Shown here in pieces: positions 25,429 through 37,335 of a DNA stretch of 64,000 nt. Location: NCBI GenBank assembly GCA_003971905.1, contig RSEE01000009.1, positions 620,001 to 684,000 on the forward strand, in the 5' to 3' direction. The stretch is from Moniliella sp. 'wahieum' (taxonomy: Eukaryota). Each line of letters opens with the position of its first letter. Position 1 is the first letter of the stretch. Below the pieces are notes generated by a model. That model was not told the origin of the DNA. It saw only the letters and a list, made by a program, of their open reading frames with translations, and searched no databases. Both the position numbers and the translations under genes were made by a program.

Positions 25429-25696
25429 GGCAGGGCGTGGTGGGGTGGTGGGGGTGGTGGGGATGGTGGGGATGGATGGAGGCGCTGGCGGGTGGCGGCG
25501 GCGGCGGACAGTGTGGTCTGGTGCGGCTGCGGCCGGTCGGAGCGCTGAACGTTCAAGTTGGAGCGACGCCGGCCGGATTCCGCGGGGCGGAATGGGGCGC
25601 GGCGGCGACTCGTGACTGCGCGGCGTCGGGCGGCGGCGATCGATGGGGCAGCGATGCGCGCATCCATCCCGGCATCCATCCCGCCCGCAACCGCCC

Positions 25697-27938
25697 ATGC
25701 CGCCGCCGGCCGAGAGCGTGGAGGAGCGCGAGGCGCGGCAGGCGAGGATGAGCGCCGCCATGGGGCGCATGTTCCTCGCCGACCGCGTTGCCAAGCTTGA
25801 GCAGCAGACCGCCTCCGCCGGCCCAGCGCGTCCTCGGGCCCCGCGCCCCCCGCCGTGGCGGCTTTGCGGGTCGCGGTGGTCTCCCCCTGGCGGCTTTGCG
25901 GGCCGTGGTGGTTTTCATCCTGGCGGATTTGCCGGCCGCGGTGGTTTTCATCCGGGCGGCTTTGCGGGCCGCGGTGGTGGTGTTGGTGGTGGGTTTGGTC
26001 GAGGTGGCGCGCGAGGCGGCGGGGCGGGTGGCATGGGCGCTCGAGGCGGTTGGGCTGGTGGCCTGGGCACTCGAGGCGGTTGGGCTGGTGGCCCGGGTAT
26101 GGGGCCTGGCCGCGGCGACACATGGCCGCGGTGGCACTCGGCTCCCGTGCACGGCGGCGAGGAGGCGTCTCCTTTCCCTGCGCGCACATCTTCCGCCTTC
26201 GTCCCGCCTGCTCCGCCATCCCCACCCGCTCCGCCGGTCACACCTCCGCCGCCACTGCTTTCAGACTCTGTGATGTCCTCTTCGCCTCGATCGGCTGCCA
26301 CACCGATCGATTTGTCTCCACATCCGGCACCTCCCCCGGTGCTTCCCGCGGCAGCCCCTCCGCCTCCCGTGCTACCCATGCGACGCATCGAGGGGGCGCG
26401 CATCGTGGACGCCAGCGTCCTCGTCTACTCGCTGCGCACGGTTCATGACCTAGTGCAGGCCAAGCGATGGCGGATTGTGGTGCCGCTGGACGCACTACAC
26501 ACGCTCGACCGGCTCAAGTCAGCGCGGGACCCGCTGGTGACCCATGCGGTGCGCCGAGCGATGCGGTTCATCGATACTTACCTTGTTTCGGGCGGGGGCG
26601 ACAAACCTGCCCTTGTGAGCCAGCGACCCACCGAACAGGCGAGCTGGGACGCGGTTCTGGAGCGCTTTGCGAATGATGAACACGAGCGCGTGGACGAGGC
26701 GGAAGAGAGCCAGGACGAGGGCAGTTCCTCATCGTCTGCGTTCAGCTCCGTCTCATCCGCGGCCTCCTCCAGTGCTTCATCCTATCCGCCTCGGGTTCAG
26801 ATTTCTCCTCCTGGGCCGGCTCGTTGCCCGGCGACGCAAGCTTCGACCCGGAGCAGCTCCCACCTTGGATCAAGGCGACGCTGCGCTGCGCTGCTTTTTA
26901 CGCCGCCCAAGACGCCCTCCTCTTGGTTGCCCATCCACCGCCTTGGGAAGCGACCCAGCCTGTCAACGCGCAAGAATTGGAGCCGATCGATGGACATTTG
27001 CTCCTGCGAGCTGCCCACCGCGCGGGCCTAACGGTCGAGGTTGCACCCACCTCCCAAACCTGGTTGGCTATCGCGCGAGGCCAGCCTCCCTCGTCTGGTC
27101 CACACCGCCACCACCATCACCACCATCATCATCACCATCACCCTCCTCATCCTCATCCCATCCTCATTCGCATCCTCGTCCCCCTTCCCCACCCTCACAC
27201 CACCCTCCGCACCATCATGCGCGCCACCCTGCCCACCATCCGCACCACCATTCCCCCCGTTCCATTCCCATTCTTCTCATTCTCATTCGCATTCGCATTT
27301 CATTCCCATTCCCATTCCCATTCCCAGTCCCAGTCCCTCGACCAGCACCATCCGTCACCCGATTCTCACCCCCATGCCCCTTTTCACCATGATCATCACC
27401 ACGATTCCCCTCGTCGTCCACGCGATGCCATTTCGGGACCGAACTCCAACTCGCGCCCCAAGATGGAGAACGTGCGGCGAAGAAAAGCAGGAGACAGAAC
27501 CGAGAAGCCAAGACGGCACGGTACTGAACCTGGTTCGCAGTTGATGTCGCAGGAGGCACAGGGGAAAAGAAGGAGGAGCCGGAGCAAGAGCAAGAGCAAA
27601 AGCAGGGGAGGAGCCGGACAAGGACGCGGAGGATCAGGAGCAGAAGAAGGAGGCAGGGGGACCCCCCTTACCGCCTACCTTGGCATCCGTTCCGCCCCCG
27701 CATTTCCGCAGGGCCAGGCTTGTTGGGTGGGATGCCATACAACCCTTTCCCCGCGCTGGGCGCATCCACGTCCTCCCCTGCTTCCTCGCACTCGCGCCCT
27801 GCAGCTCGAGACGACACAGCGCACGCCGCGTCCGAACAGGAAGCCAATTTCCCCTCCTTGCCATCGGTCCCGAAGCAAGAAGAACTGCGCTCGGGGGTGC
27901 TCCGCGCCGCCATGCCAACACCACGACGCAGACGGTAA
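25697..27938 (+). CDS. RGG-repeat plus PIN-like domain protein (SMG5/6-, Nmd4- or Swt1-like fold)
   Basis: RIVDASVLVYSL..RIVVPLDALHTLDRLK..VRRAMRFI, later TLRCAAFY; RGG tract upstream; His-rich tail; 3' end uncertain. Confidence 0.7.
25889..26095 (+). repeat. Coding tandem repeats: 33-bp unit (GGFAGRGGFHP) about x3 and 30-bp unit (GxRGGWAGGx) x2
   Basis: Repeat units read directly in DNA and protein. Confidence 0.85.
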
Positions 27939-28217
27939 TTGATTGGTCGGGTTGTTGAGAGCACACAAGTGGGCGTAGCAAGAAAGGGGTAGAAAGGAAG
28001 GAGAGCAATGGGCAGCTTCGTAGATGCACGCTACCGCAAGCAAGCTGCACATGCACACACATACATACAGATGCAGGGGGATTACTACGAAATGTTCCTA
28101 ACCAGCACGAAAAAGACCGCCTGGATCGGACTAGAAGACGCGTCCACCATTGGTACGATAGCCGAGACGAGGTCCGGGTGGCTTCGCTTCCCGGTCCCTC
28201 GCGTCCGCGCTGATGAA

Positions 28218-31200
28218 TTATTCCCAGCCAAACTGATGTAGGCAACGCGCAAACCCAGTTGGATCCCCCTCGACCGTCGCGAATAGCCGTTCCACCTCCA
28301 TCCGACGCAAGTGCGGATGCGCCGAGAGCACGGCCAAGAACCGTGCCTCGATCTGTTGCCGTGCCCGCCGCGCACTCATCTCGGGCCCCATCCAATACGC
28401 CACATGCCGGCGCGCCAGACCATAGTCGTGCTGCAAAGCGCGGATTTGGCGCTGAAACGCGGCGTGCGCCTCGGAGCGGGCCATGCTGTGCCGCCCCGTC
28501 GCACGGGAATGGGAACGAGAATGAGAACGGGTCGAACGCGAACGCGAATGCGAATGCGAGCGTTCGCTCCCGGTCCGCACCGAACCAGAAGGAGACATCA
28601 GAGACGCTTGCCTGGCCCGTTTCCTGGGTGGCCTAGCCGCCACTCCATGCCCGTCAAGCGATCTCCGTCTCCTTTGATCGCCTCCTCTTGGTCTTGGTAT
28701 TGGCCATGCTCTTGCTCTTCGTCGTCTTCTTCCTTGCCCTCCTCCTTCTGACGCCCATTCGCTCCCGCGTTTTCGCCGTCGATCCTGGGCCGGGTCTTGG
28801 TCCTGGGCCGCATGGTGCGCGGACGCGTTCGAGCGAGAGCGCGCGGTGCGGGTCTCCGTGCGTGCTGACGCGGGCGTGGGTACCTCCTCCACTGTTTGTA
28901 GCTGGGAAGGAGGGGAGTGGAACGCATGGTAGGCCAACGAGGCCTCAGCTTCCAGTGTATCCACCATCCGGGGCAGCGGGGGCAAACTCCACTGGGTCTC
29001 GGACTGGGCGTCATCGTCGGGCATCTGGCTGGGCAGCGGCTCTCTTCGTATTGGCCCTTGCGTCCGGGTAGGCATCGCGTTAGGAGGCAGGTCGAACGAG
29101 CCATCTTGCCCGCTGTCTTGCCTTGGGCTGTCCTGCGTCTCCTCCCCCTGCTCTCGGCTCGCTCTGGGCGCTCCCTCGGGCGCTCGCTCCGGTGCTTTCT
29201 CGGGAGCGTTCGGGGTACCAGTGCCGGCACCCCACCCCTCCCCAAGCGCAGATCCCTGCGTAGTGGGAAGCTGGCCCACCGACTCATCCACCGTCTGTGC
29301 CTGTGTCGTGCCTGGGAATGTGTCTGTGCCCCCAACCACGCCAAGTCCGACGAAGTAGGTCCACCGGCGGAGCTCGACGGGTCGGACGTAACCGACGCCA
29401 GGAAGGTCGGCGCGCCGAAAGCAGGCGGCAGCACGGCGGTAGAGGGTGGGGGATGGGAGGACCAGGACAGCCGAGGACTCGGTTTCGAGCGAGGCGGGCA
29501 GGTGGGAGAAGAGCGACTGGGTCTCGAGACCGATACGGTACGAAGGGGTATGAGACACGGAGCGGGCCGAGGGAGATGGGTGGGGGGAAGGGAGGCTGGC
29601 TGGGTCCGGTGGGGCCGCGGCGGTTGGGAGGGGTAGTGCCGGGCACCGGCCCCGGCAGCTGGTCGACCGCGGCTGAGGCAGAACGCCATCCAGGAGCAGA
29701 CACAGCGGGGGAAGGCCGTGGGCGCAGGAGGGGGGGCCTCGTCGCCCAGCTCCAATTGGGCCTCTCCCTGCTTGTCTTCGTCGTCCTCGGATTGTTCTGG
29801 AGACATGGAAATCCGGAGCGAAGGCGAGCGAACGTACCGCCTGCGCACCTCGTGCTCCTGTTCCTGCTCTGCCTCGCTGGTGGTCGAGCGGCTCACCTCA
29901 TTTGACTCGTTCACTTTCGATTCGCTGTTGCCCGTGCGCGCCTCTTCCTCCACGCCGTCGTCGTCTGCAGGGGAGGAGGGCGGGGTCGTTTGGCCCTCCC
30001 GCCGGGTGGGTTCGTCCGTCCAAACCGACGCATTCCCTCCTCGCCGTCGCTTGGCCAAAAGGGCATTTGACTCGGCTATCGAGTGGGTTGAAGGAGGGGA
30101 CGGAGCGTCTCCATGCGCAGGCTCCAGTTCAGGAGAAGTGCTGTCTGGGGTTTCATCTGCGGTCTCGGTTGTGTTGGTGTTGTGTGGTTGTGGTTGCGGC
30201 TGCGACTGCGTTTGGTTTTGGGTCCAAGGCCACGTTCAAGCTCGACGCCGGCCTCGCCTCTTCGGCCTCGCCGCCCCGTTCGAGGTTTTGCACTGCGTGG
30301 GCACGCAGTTCCTGGTCAACGTCATTCGCCCTGGGAGCCAGGACAATGGTGGATCGGTCTCGGGTGCCTCAGAGAGGGACGAGCTAGATGCCGAGCTAGG
30401 TAGAGAGATTATCTGGACGGGGCTGTCGTCCGGCCCAGATTCAGCAACTGCGCCCAACGTGGCCCCGGGCCCCGTAACGTTCCGAACACGCGGCCCGGGT
30501 TCGAACCGTAGCGGTTGGGGCGATAGGACGGAACGTCACCTTCCAAGCTCGGAAGTCCAGGCTGGCTAAGACCAAAGTAGGACGGCTCGGTGACCGACTC
30601 GGTTCTCCGACGCACCCCCGTTCCGACCAAGGCGTCCGGCCTGTCGGTGCCCTGGACGGGCGGGCCGTGACCCCCGAGGGCGAAAATAAGGTCTGGTAGG
30701 ACTGGCGGGACGAGCGAAATTGCGTGGGTCGCACTTGGCTCCAACTTGGGGGTTGTGGCCGAGACTGAGAGTTAGGCTGAGGGCGGGGCGGGGCGAGCGC
30801 CGCAGAGCCAGAGGACATGTGGACGGTTTGGGTCGGGCCACTGGGGAGAAAGGGTTGGGTGGGGATGGAAGCCGTGACTCGACGTGGAGATCGAGGGTTA
30901 GGGTGAGGGTAGGCTGAGGCTGAGATTGATGCGGTGATACGCGTGGGGGTGGTAGTGGTGACGGGGAGCGTCCCGCGGTGGATGCGGAGAGGAGGGGAGG
31001 AAATTTTCGCCAGTAACAGACTGGGTGCCTGGGCTGATACCCGTCCCCTTCCCCTGATCCTTCCCCTGCTCCTTCTCCACTTCATCTTCTTCCAATTCGT
31101 CCACCTCTCCTCGTCCTTGTTTTCCGTGCCCTCTTCGTCCTCCGCTTCTTCCTCTTCCTCCTCGTCCTCCGAGGCAGTCGAGAGGGTACGGAAGTGCAAA

Positions 31201-32091
31201 GCAAGTTCAGTATAGATGGCTGGGTGGTGCTCGTAATGCATCCTCCATTCCTCGGGGGTGGGGCCGTCGGAACCTAAGGAAAAGGGGTCAGCCGTGCAAA
31301 ACGATTAGGGATTGCAGGGCGGACAAGGAATACGTACCAATTCTGCTAGCTCGATGAAGAACCGATCAGGGGGCGAGCGGAGCGAGCGACAGCCGCGCCC
31401 CCGATGGGGTGGTCGACGCGCCGGATGAGGGGAGAGGGCGATGGAGCTGAACGACATCGTCGGGAATGAGGTGGGAGAGCATGGCGGCCAGTTGGTTCTG
31501 CATGTCGGGCGAAAGCACGAGCTGGGCCCTTGCTGCCCCTGGAGGACTGGAATGCTGCGGAGGACCAGATGGCGGTGGCGCAGATAGAGCGAGTGGGCGG
31601 GGCCTGTGCTTCCCCGTTATCCCTCTCCACTTCCGCGGGCAGGGGAAAGAAGAGAGGCAGTTGTGGCGGTTCATACGCGGGTTCGGGACGAGGAGTAGGA
31701 GCAGCAACATCAGGCGGGGCAGCAACATCAGGGACAGCAACATCAGCAGGAGCAGATTTGGATTGGGCTGGGCAGAGGAGCGGAGGCGATTGACGCGGTA
31801 GCGGAGGTTGAGGCCGCGGTCGAGATTGTCGCGGATGAAGGACTGGTAGGAGGCCGGCGTGTGGCGCGGGTTAATCGCATGGAGCATCTTAGCCGCCGCT
31901 AGGCCGCCCCAGGGGGTGCTGATGCCGGCCAGGCCATTGACGATGTACTGCTGGTCGTGCTGGGTAAAGGCAAGGCGCCTGGCGTGATGCGCACGTCAGC
32001 CACCAGCGCCGCACACGAGCATGGAGGCGGGGGATACGCACTGGGTCGAGCGGGCATTCATGGTGCCGGGCGTGGGCCCGCTGCGGGACAT
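28218..32091 (-). CDS. Large nuclear protein with divergent Myb-like segments (Rap1/TERF2IP-like candidate), intron 31274-31337
   Basis: DQQYIV...LHAINPRHTPASYQSFIRDN resembles a Rap1-type Myb helix 2-3; second PTPEEWRMHYEHH segment; acidic and SQ/TQ-rich linker; small helical C-terminal domain; GTACGT..GCTGAC..TAG intron. Confidence 0.45.
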
Positions 32092-32304
32092 GATCCCTGG
32101 CTGGATGCGCGCGGCAGCGGCGGAGACGGTGGAGAAGAAGCGCGGGAGAAGGCGTCGACGGACAAATGACAGTTGCGCGCGTGGTAGAACTCCCGTGGAC
32201 GGGGCGCGTCGCAACCCTAGTCTATCATCTGCCGATTACTTCAGCAGATGCTCTTGCTTGTGCTGGGATCACCATATACACTTTCCCCCTCGGTCATTCA
32301 CCTC

Positions 32305-32388
32305 GCCTCTTTGGCTCAGTGGTAAAGCATCTCACTAGTACCCTGTGCTGGTATGAGAAGATCGGTCGTTCGATTCGGCCAAGAGGCA
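32305..32388 (+). tRNA. tRNA-Thr (anticodon AGU) with 12-nt intron (32341-32352)
   Basis: GCCTCTT/AAGAGGC acceptor stem, TCTCA/TGAGA anticodon stem around CT-AGT-A, T-arm GGTCG-TTCGATT-CGGCC, downstream TTTCTTTTTT terminator. Confidence 0.95.
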
Positions 32389-34362
32389 ATTTCTTTTTTG
32401 CAGGTAGTTCGCCTAGCATTCCCCTCTCTATCAGGTACGCACTCGTCCTGGCAAGAGAGGATGACGCTGATGTCAGTGACATGGCATGTTTTGCCCCGAT
32501 AAATCGACCTAATCGATATCCATCAAGTACTGAGACTCTGAGTACCTGAGTACTAAATTCGAGTATCGAGACGGACGCCATGTGCCTACAGTATCTTTGT
32601 GGATAGCACAGGATAGCACCCATGTGGAAATGTGATGGGTTCTCTGACCAAGCAGGATTTTACACATCAACGTTTTACGTTTCACGCCGAATCCAATCGC
32701 TGATGCATGATGATCGATGATACTAGGAATCTCAGATCGGTGGCTCTAGTTGGGTTTTGCGACGTGGTACATCAGTTCGAACCGCTGGTATTATTAGTAC
32801 TTCGCAACGACCGGGTACACGCTGTACTCACTCGGCCCGATTGTGAAGTGCTGATGTGATTGGTGTGATGCGGAGCTGGGGTGCTATCGGGCAGGGGGCA
32901 TGTGCTCAGTATGCCAAAGAAAACGGATTGTGGGGCCTCTCCAAGATCCAAGATGACAATGAGATGGATGTCATCTATGTGTAGTGTTGAACTCGAGTAC
33001 TCAACGGTCCGTGAGAGTGGTTGAGTACGTTGAGTACTGAGTGTAGTGACTACCAGATAACCGGAGCCTGTGGGGTAGGGGTGGGGAGCGAAGAGAGGAA
33101 GGCGGGGACGTAGGATGAGAGAGCAAAGCGGGGCGCGAGGCTCTGGGTGGCGGCGGGGATGCTGTGGGGCGAGCGACCTAGCTGCGTTAATTAGCAAGCG
33201 TTGCTATGAGTATTGAATATGAATGGACAACAAAATATTCAACGCGCACGTATCCACGAACCACACACAGCCGACCACAGGTGGAGTTGAACGCTGAAGT
33301 TCAGCGCTAGCTGGTCACTTTGAGATCTGATCGATGATCGATCTAATCGAAGAACCCTGATCGAATGATCGATGATCGATGATCGTCGATCGCACCAGCT
33401 GCACGTTGAGTACGTTGAACGGAAACGCTAAACTCCACCGAGGAGGGGGGGGTGCGGGGTGGAAGAGGAACCAGGCACTGGCTGGCTCAGCGCTCAATGC
33501 TCAATCCTCCTGGCCAAGCCCAGGCAGCAGGCGCGTGGGTGGCATGTTTGCGCTGCTCGTCTAGAAGGGGAGCGTTCTAGCCGCCGCTCACGGAAAAAGA
33601 GATGGCTGGGTGGATGGCCGCTTTGCTATCGCAGATAGCCGGCAGTCACGCTTCACGTGCGCTGCCCGCCCCGCTTGTCCCGTGTCCCGCGTCAGCGTCA
33701 GCGTCGCTATCGCTAGTGAAGTTAGTGAAGCGCGTGAAGTGACTAGCCAATTGGCGGCTGGGGGCTTCCAGTGCGTCTGTCAGTGCTTCTGATTTTTTTT
33801 GCGCCGCCAGAAAACCGTGGCGGCGGCATTGAATATTCAGTTTCAGTACTCGGTGGGTATTCACTCAGGCAGCGCACACAGGCACAGGCGCAGTGTCCAT
33901 GCGCCGCTGAGGCCAGCTCGGGGGGCGCACAGGGGCAGTCACGCCCGCGTGCGCTGCCCCGCCTGTCGGCCGCCTTTCACCCAATCCAAACGGCCCGACC
34001 CGCCCGGGTAGGCCAGTACTCAGTAGGCCGCCGCCACCCAACCCCACCCGCTGCCCCCGTGCCCTGCGCCGCACCCGAGTAGATGCGTGATGGGACAGGC
34101 GCGGGGGCGCACTGCGCCCGGTGGGCGAAGGGTGAGGCAATGAGGCTTTCAGAACACCGGGCAGGCGCTTCTCCCGCTCTGCGTTCTGGGCGCGGCGCTG
34201 CCCAGCCAGCACAGGAGCACTCGCTCGAGTGTCTCGCCCACCCCGGCTGGCGCCGTGCGGGGCGCCGACAGCACACACCTCACAGCCAGCCCCCCTTCTT
34301 CGCCCGCCGCGTCCAGGCCATCCTGGCCTGAGATCCTGAGATCCAGTGGCCCCGCCCGTCCC

Positions 34363-34368
34363 TTTATA
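34363..34368 (+). promoter_or_regulatory. Candidate TATA element of the desaturase gene
   Basis: Isolated TTTATA in GC-rich DNA about 65 bp upstream of the ATG. Confidence 0.35.
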
Positions 34369-34428
34369 CCCCCGCCTTCCCGCCAAGGCCCCACCCCGCG
34401 CCCCTCCTCCCCTCCCTCCCTCCCTCCC

Positions 34429-35923
34429 ATGGCCTCCCTCCACGTGACAAGTGCGACGCAGCGCAAGGCTCCCGCCGCCGCCGCCGCGCCGCTGCCACCA
34501 CCGCAGAGAAGCCCGCGGCCAAGCCCACCACCTTCTCCCGCAAGCACGCTCAGCACTACGACCCGCCCCCCAGCTGCCCCAGGTGCCTATCCCCGACTTT
34601 TCCGTCAAGGACCTGCTCACCGCCATCCCCAAGCACTGCTATGAGCGCAGCGCGCTCCACTCCAGCCTCTATGTGCTGCAAGACATCGTTCATGTCGGCC
34701 GCCTTCTACGCCGCCACCTACATTGACCCCTTGGTCGCCTCGCTCGACTTGACCCACTCGCCCATCCCGGCCAGCTGGCTCTCGCCCTCCACCCAAGCAC
34801 GCCTTCTCACCTGGGCCCTGTTTGGGCTGTACCAAGTGTTCCAGGGTCTAGTGTTTACCGGGATCTGGGTCAACGCCCACGAATGCGGCCACCAAGCCTT
34901 TAGCACTTCCAAAACCATCAACAACTCGGTCGGCTTGTCTTGCACACTTTCCTCCTGGTTCCTTACCATGCCTGGCGCATCTCCCACGCGCGCCACCATG
35001 CTGCCACGGGCCACATGACGCGCGACGAGGTCTTTGTCCCCCGTACGCGGGAACATCGTGTGTTTCCTCCCGCTCCGCCCTGCGTTGCCCGCCGACACGG
35101 ATGCGAGGGAGGTGGATGAGTTTTGAAAACGCCTGTCGACAGCGCGGCCGCGACCGAGGCAGTGGTACCAAACTACGACGAGAGCACGTTGACCTGGGGC
35201 CAGTGGATCAACGGGACGTTGGAGGATGCGCCGATTTATGCACTGGTGATGCTCGTGGCACAACAACTGTTTGGCTGGCAACTGTACCTGATCAAGAACG
35301 CTTCTGGCCAGCCACTACCCAAGGGCACCAACCATTTCAGCCCCAACAGCGTCATCTTTGATGCGCGTCACAAGTGGCAGATCATTGCGTCGGACATTGG
35401 GATTGCCGTGATGATTGGTGCGCTGGTCGCAGCCTCGTGGATTGCGCCCCATGGGTTCTGGGACGTGGCGCGGTACTACTTGATCCGTATGCATGGTGCA
35501 ACCATTGGTTGGTGATGATCACCTACCTCCAGCACACCGACTCCCAACTGCCTCACTACCACGCGGAGGAATGGACGTTCCCCCGGGGTGCGCTGTCGAC
35601 TGTCGACCGCGAGTGGCTCTGGCCCATCGGCCCGCTCTTCTTCCACGGCATTGCTGAGACGCATGTTGCGCACACGTCCACTCCAAGATCCCGCACTACC
35701 ATGCGTGGGAGGCAACCGAGGCACTCAAGCAAAAGCTCGGCCCCTACTATGTCCACTCGGACCAGAACGTCTTCCGATCTCTCTGGACCAACTTTACCAC
35801 CTGCCGCTTTGTCGACCTGGCAGACCCCTTGCGTTTTACCGCAACTCGTGGGGGGTGCCCACGGCGACACCAGTCAAGAAGACCAGCGAGGAGACATCCG
35901 ACTCGGGTGTCACCCTGGACTAG
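34429..35923 (+). CDS. FAD2: Delta-12 (omega-6) fatty acid desaturase
   Basis: [20 protein letters not shown], His boxes HECGH, HARHH and HVAH(H), [28 protein letters not shown]; multiple frameshifts. Confidence 0.93.
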
Positions 35924-36369
35924 ACGGGGACGGGACCAGACGGGACGGGAGTGGAGTGGAGCGGATTGGATTGGATTGCACCTAGGAGACGTTTGTGAGA
36001 AGGCTGGCCGCCACCAGCAGGGCGATTGGGATAGCATGCAGCAGAGGACGATAGGGTTGCCCTATGTAGCTTGGATCTTCCAAACCGGCGGAAGAACTGC
36101 ATCCGGGTCAGCTTTAAAATTTAAACTAACCTAGGAGGTGGCTGCTGTGACATGTGGCATGGACCCCACCGCGGCAGTGCTCTCCGACTAGTGACTGCGG
36201 CTGATTCAAACAGACGGTGGACAATGCTAAAAAAGCTCTCAGTGTAGTCTCATTTACAGCCTACCATCATTTGTGAGGACTGAGTACTCAGTACTCAGTC
36301 ATGGCAAATAATGATCGCCATTGCCATTACCATGGTTTTGATGGTCTTTAGATTGTCTTGTGCATGACC

Positions 36370-37335
36370 TCAATCGGCCATTCCTCTGCGTCCTCCGGCA
36401 GCCACGTCCGGCAGCCCATCTGTCCTCTGTCCTCTGTTGCGGTTGCTCTTCAACTTTGCCCAGTCCTGCCGTCCCCACACGCCGCCGCGCTCTGGTTCGT
36501 TTAATGCGACGAAAGGGTAGGACCTCCTCGGTCTATGGGCAGGTGAGACCTGCCTCGTTCCACCGCTAGATCCGCCAGATGCAGATGCCCCACAACAGGA
36601 AAGGGTGCGTCTGTACTCTCTGTTATACTGATAATCCCATGGTCCATCGTATAATGTCCCTACACCCTTTTTCCCCTCTCCCCGCTGCCTACCGTTTCCC
36701 TCCGTTATACGTGGGCTTTTTGCCCTTGGCTCGCACACTTCTCTCGTCTTTCCCATAGATCCTTCCTGCGTTTGAAAGAGTAAGGGACGGCTCAGGCGGC
36801 AGAGCGCGTACTGATTCCCAAGGCAGGGGAAGCTGAAAAGACGGCCCAAAAAGCAAAATATTAAAAGGTGAAGAGAGGCAAAGGAGGAAGGAGGGGAGGG
36901 GGGCAACGTTATGTGGTCTTTGTTGGTGGCGATGACAATCGTGTCTTCGGCCCGGGACCCCTCCTCTTCTCCACTGTTATCCGTCACGTTGCTCTCTGAC
37001 AGAAAGAGATAGCCGTGGCGGGAGGGCACGGAGGTCAAGGAAGAGTCGTTGGCGTCATAAAAGTCGTTCATCTCGGGGGCGGCCGCGTTGGGCGCAATGG
37101 CGAGCGTGCGGCGATTGAACATGGGGTAGAGGGGGAAGGGGGGACCGAGAGAGATGTTCAACGAAAATGAGATGGGTGGTTGGGCAGAAAGCCGGAAGGC
37201 TGGTGGGGTCCAACCTGACAGGAGATGGAGATGGGGAAAATGATGGGAATCAAATGTCAAATCAGAGGGTCCAGCCAACGTGGTGACTGTGTAAACAGAT
37301 GAATCTGATCCGGCACTCTCCATTTCTCTCTCCAT
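36370..37335 (-). CDS. Orphan ORF in a lower-GC segment
   Basis: 321-codon uninterrupted frame; plausible start MFNRRTL at about 37123 after a CT-rich leader; no motif recognised. Confidence 0.25.
   Translation of the reverse strand: MEREMESAGSDSSVYTVTTLAGPSDLTFDSHHFPHLHLLSGWTPPAFRLSAQPPISFSLNISLGPPFPLYPMFNRRTLAIAPNAAAPEMNDFYDANDSSLTSVPSRHGYLFLSESNVTDNSGEEEGSRAEDTIVIATNKDHITLPPSPPSSFASLHLLIFCFLGRLFSFPCLGNQYALCRLSRPLLFQTQEGSMGKTREVCEPRAKSPRITEGNGRQRGEGKKGVGTLYDGPWDYQYNREYRRTLSCCGASASGGSSGGTRQVSPAHRPRRSYPFVALNEPERGGVWGRQDWAKLKSNRNRGQRTDGLPDVAAGGRRGMAD

Noticed and set aside
30890..30925. TTAGGG-like hexamers (GAGGGTTAGGGTGAGGG) suggesting an interstitial telomere
   Set aside because: Only one exact unit; explained by Pro/Asn/His/Ser dipeptide codon repeats on the coding minus strand
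34429..35923. FAD2 and other genes as pseudogenes or programmed frameshifting cases
   Set aside because: Indels fall in homopolymer runs in nearly every gene while catalytic residues stay intact; sequencing error is the simpler explanation
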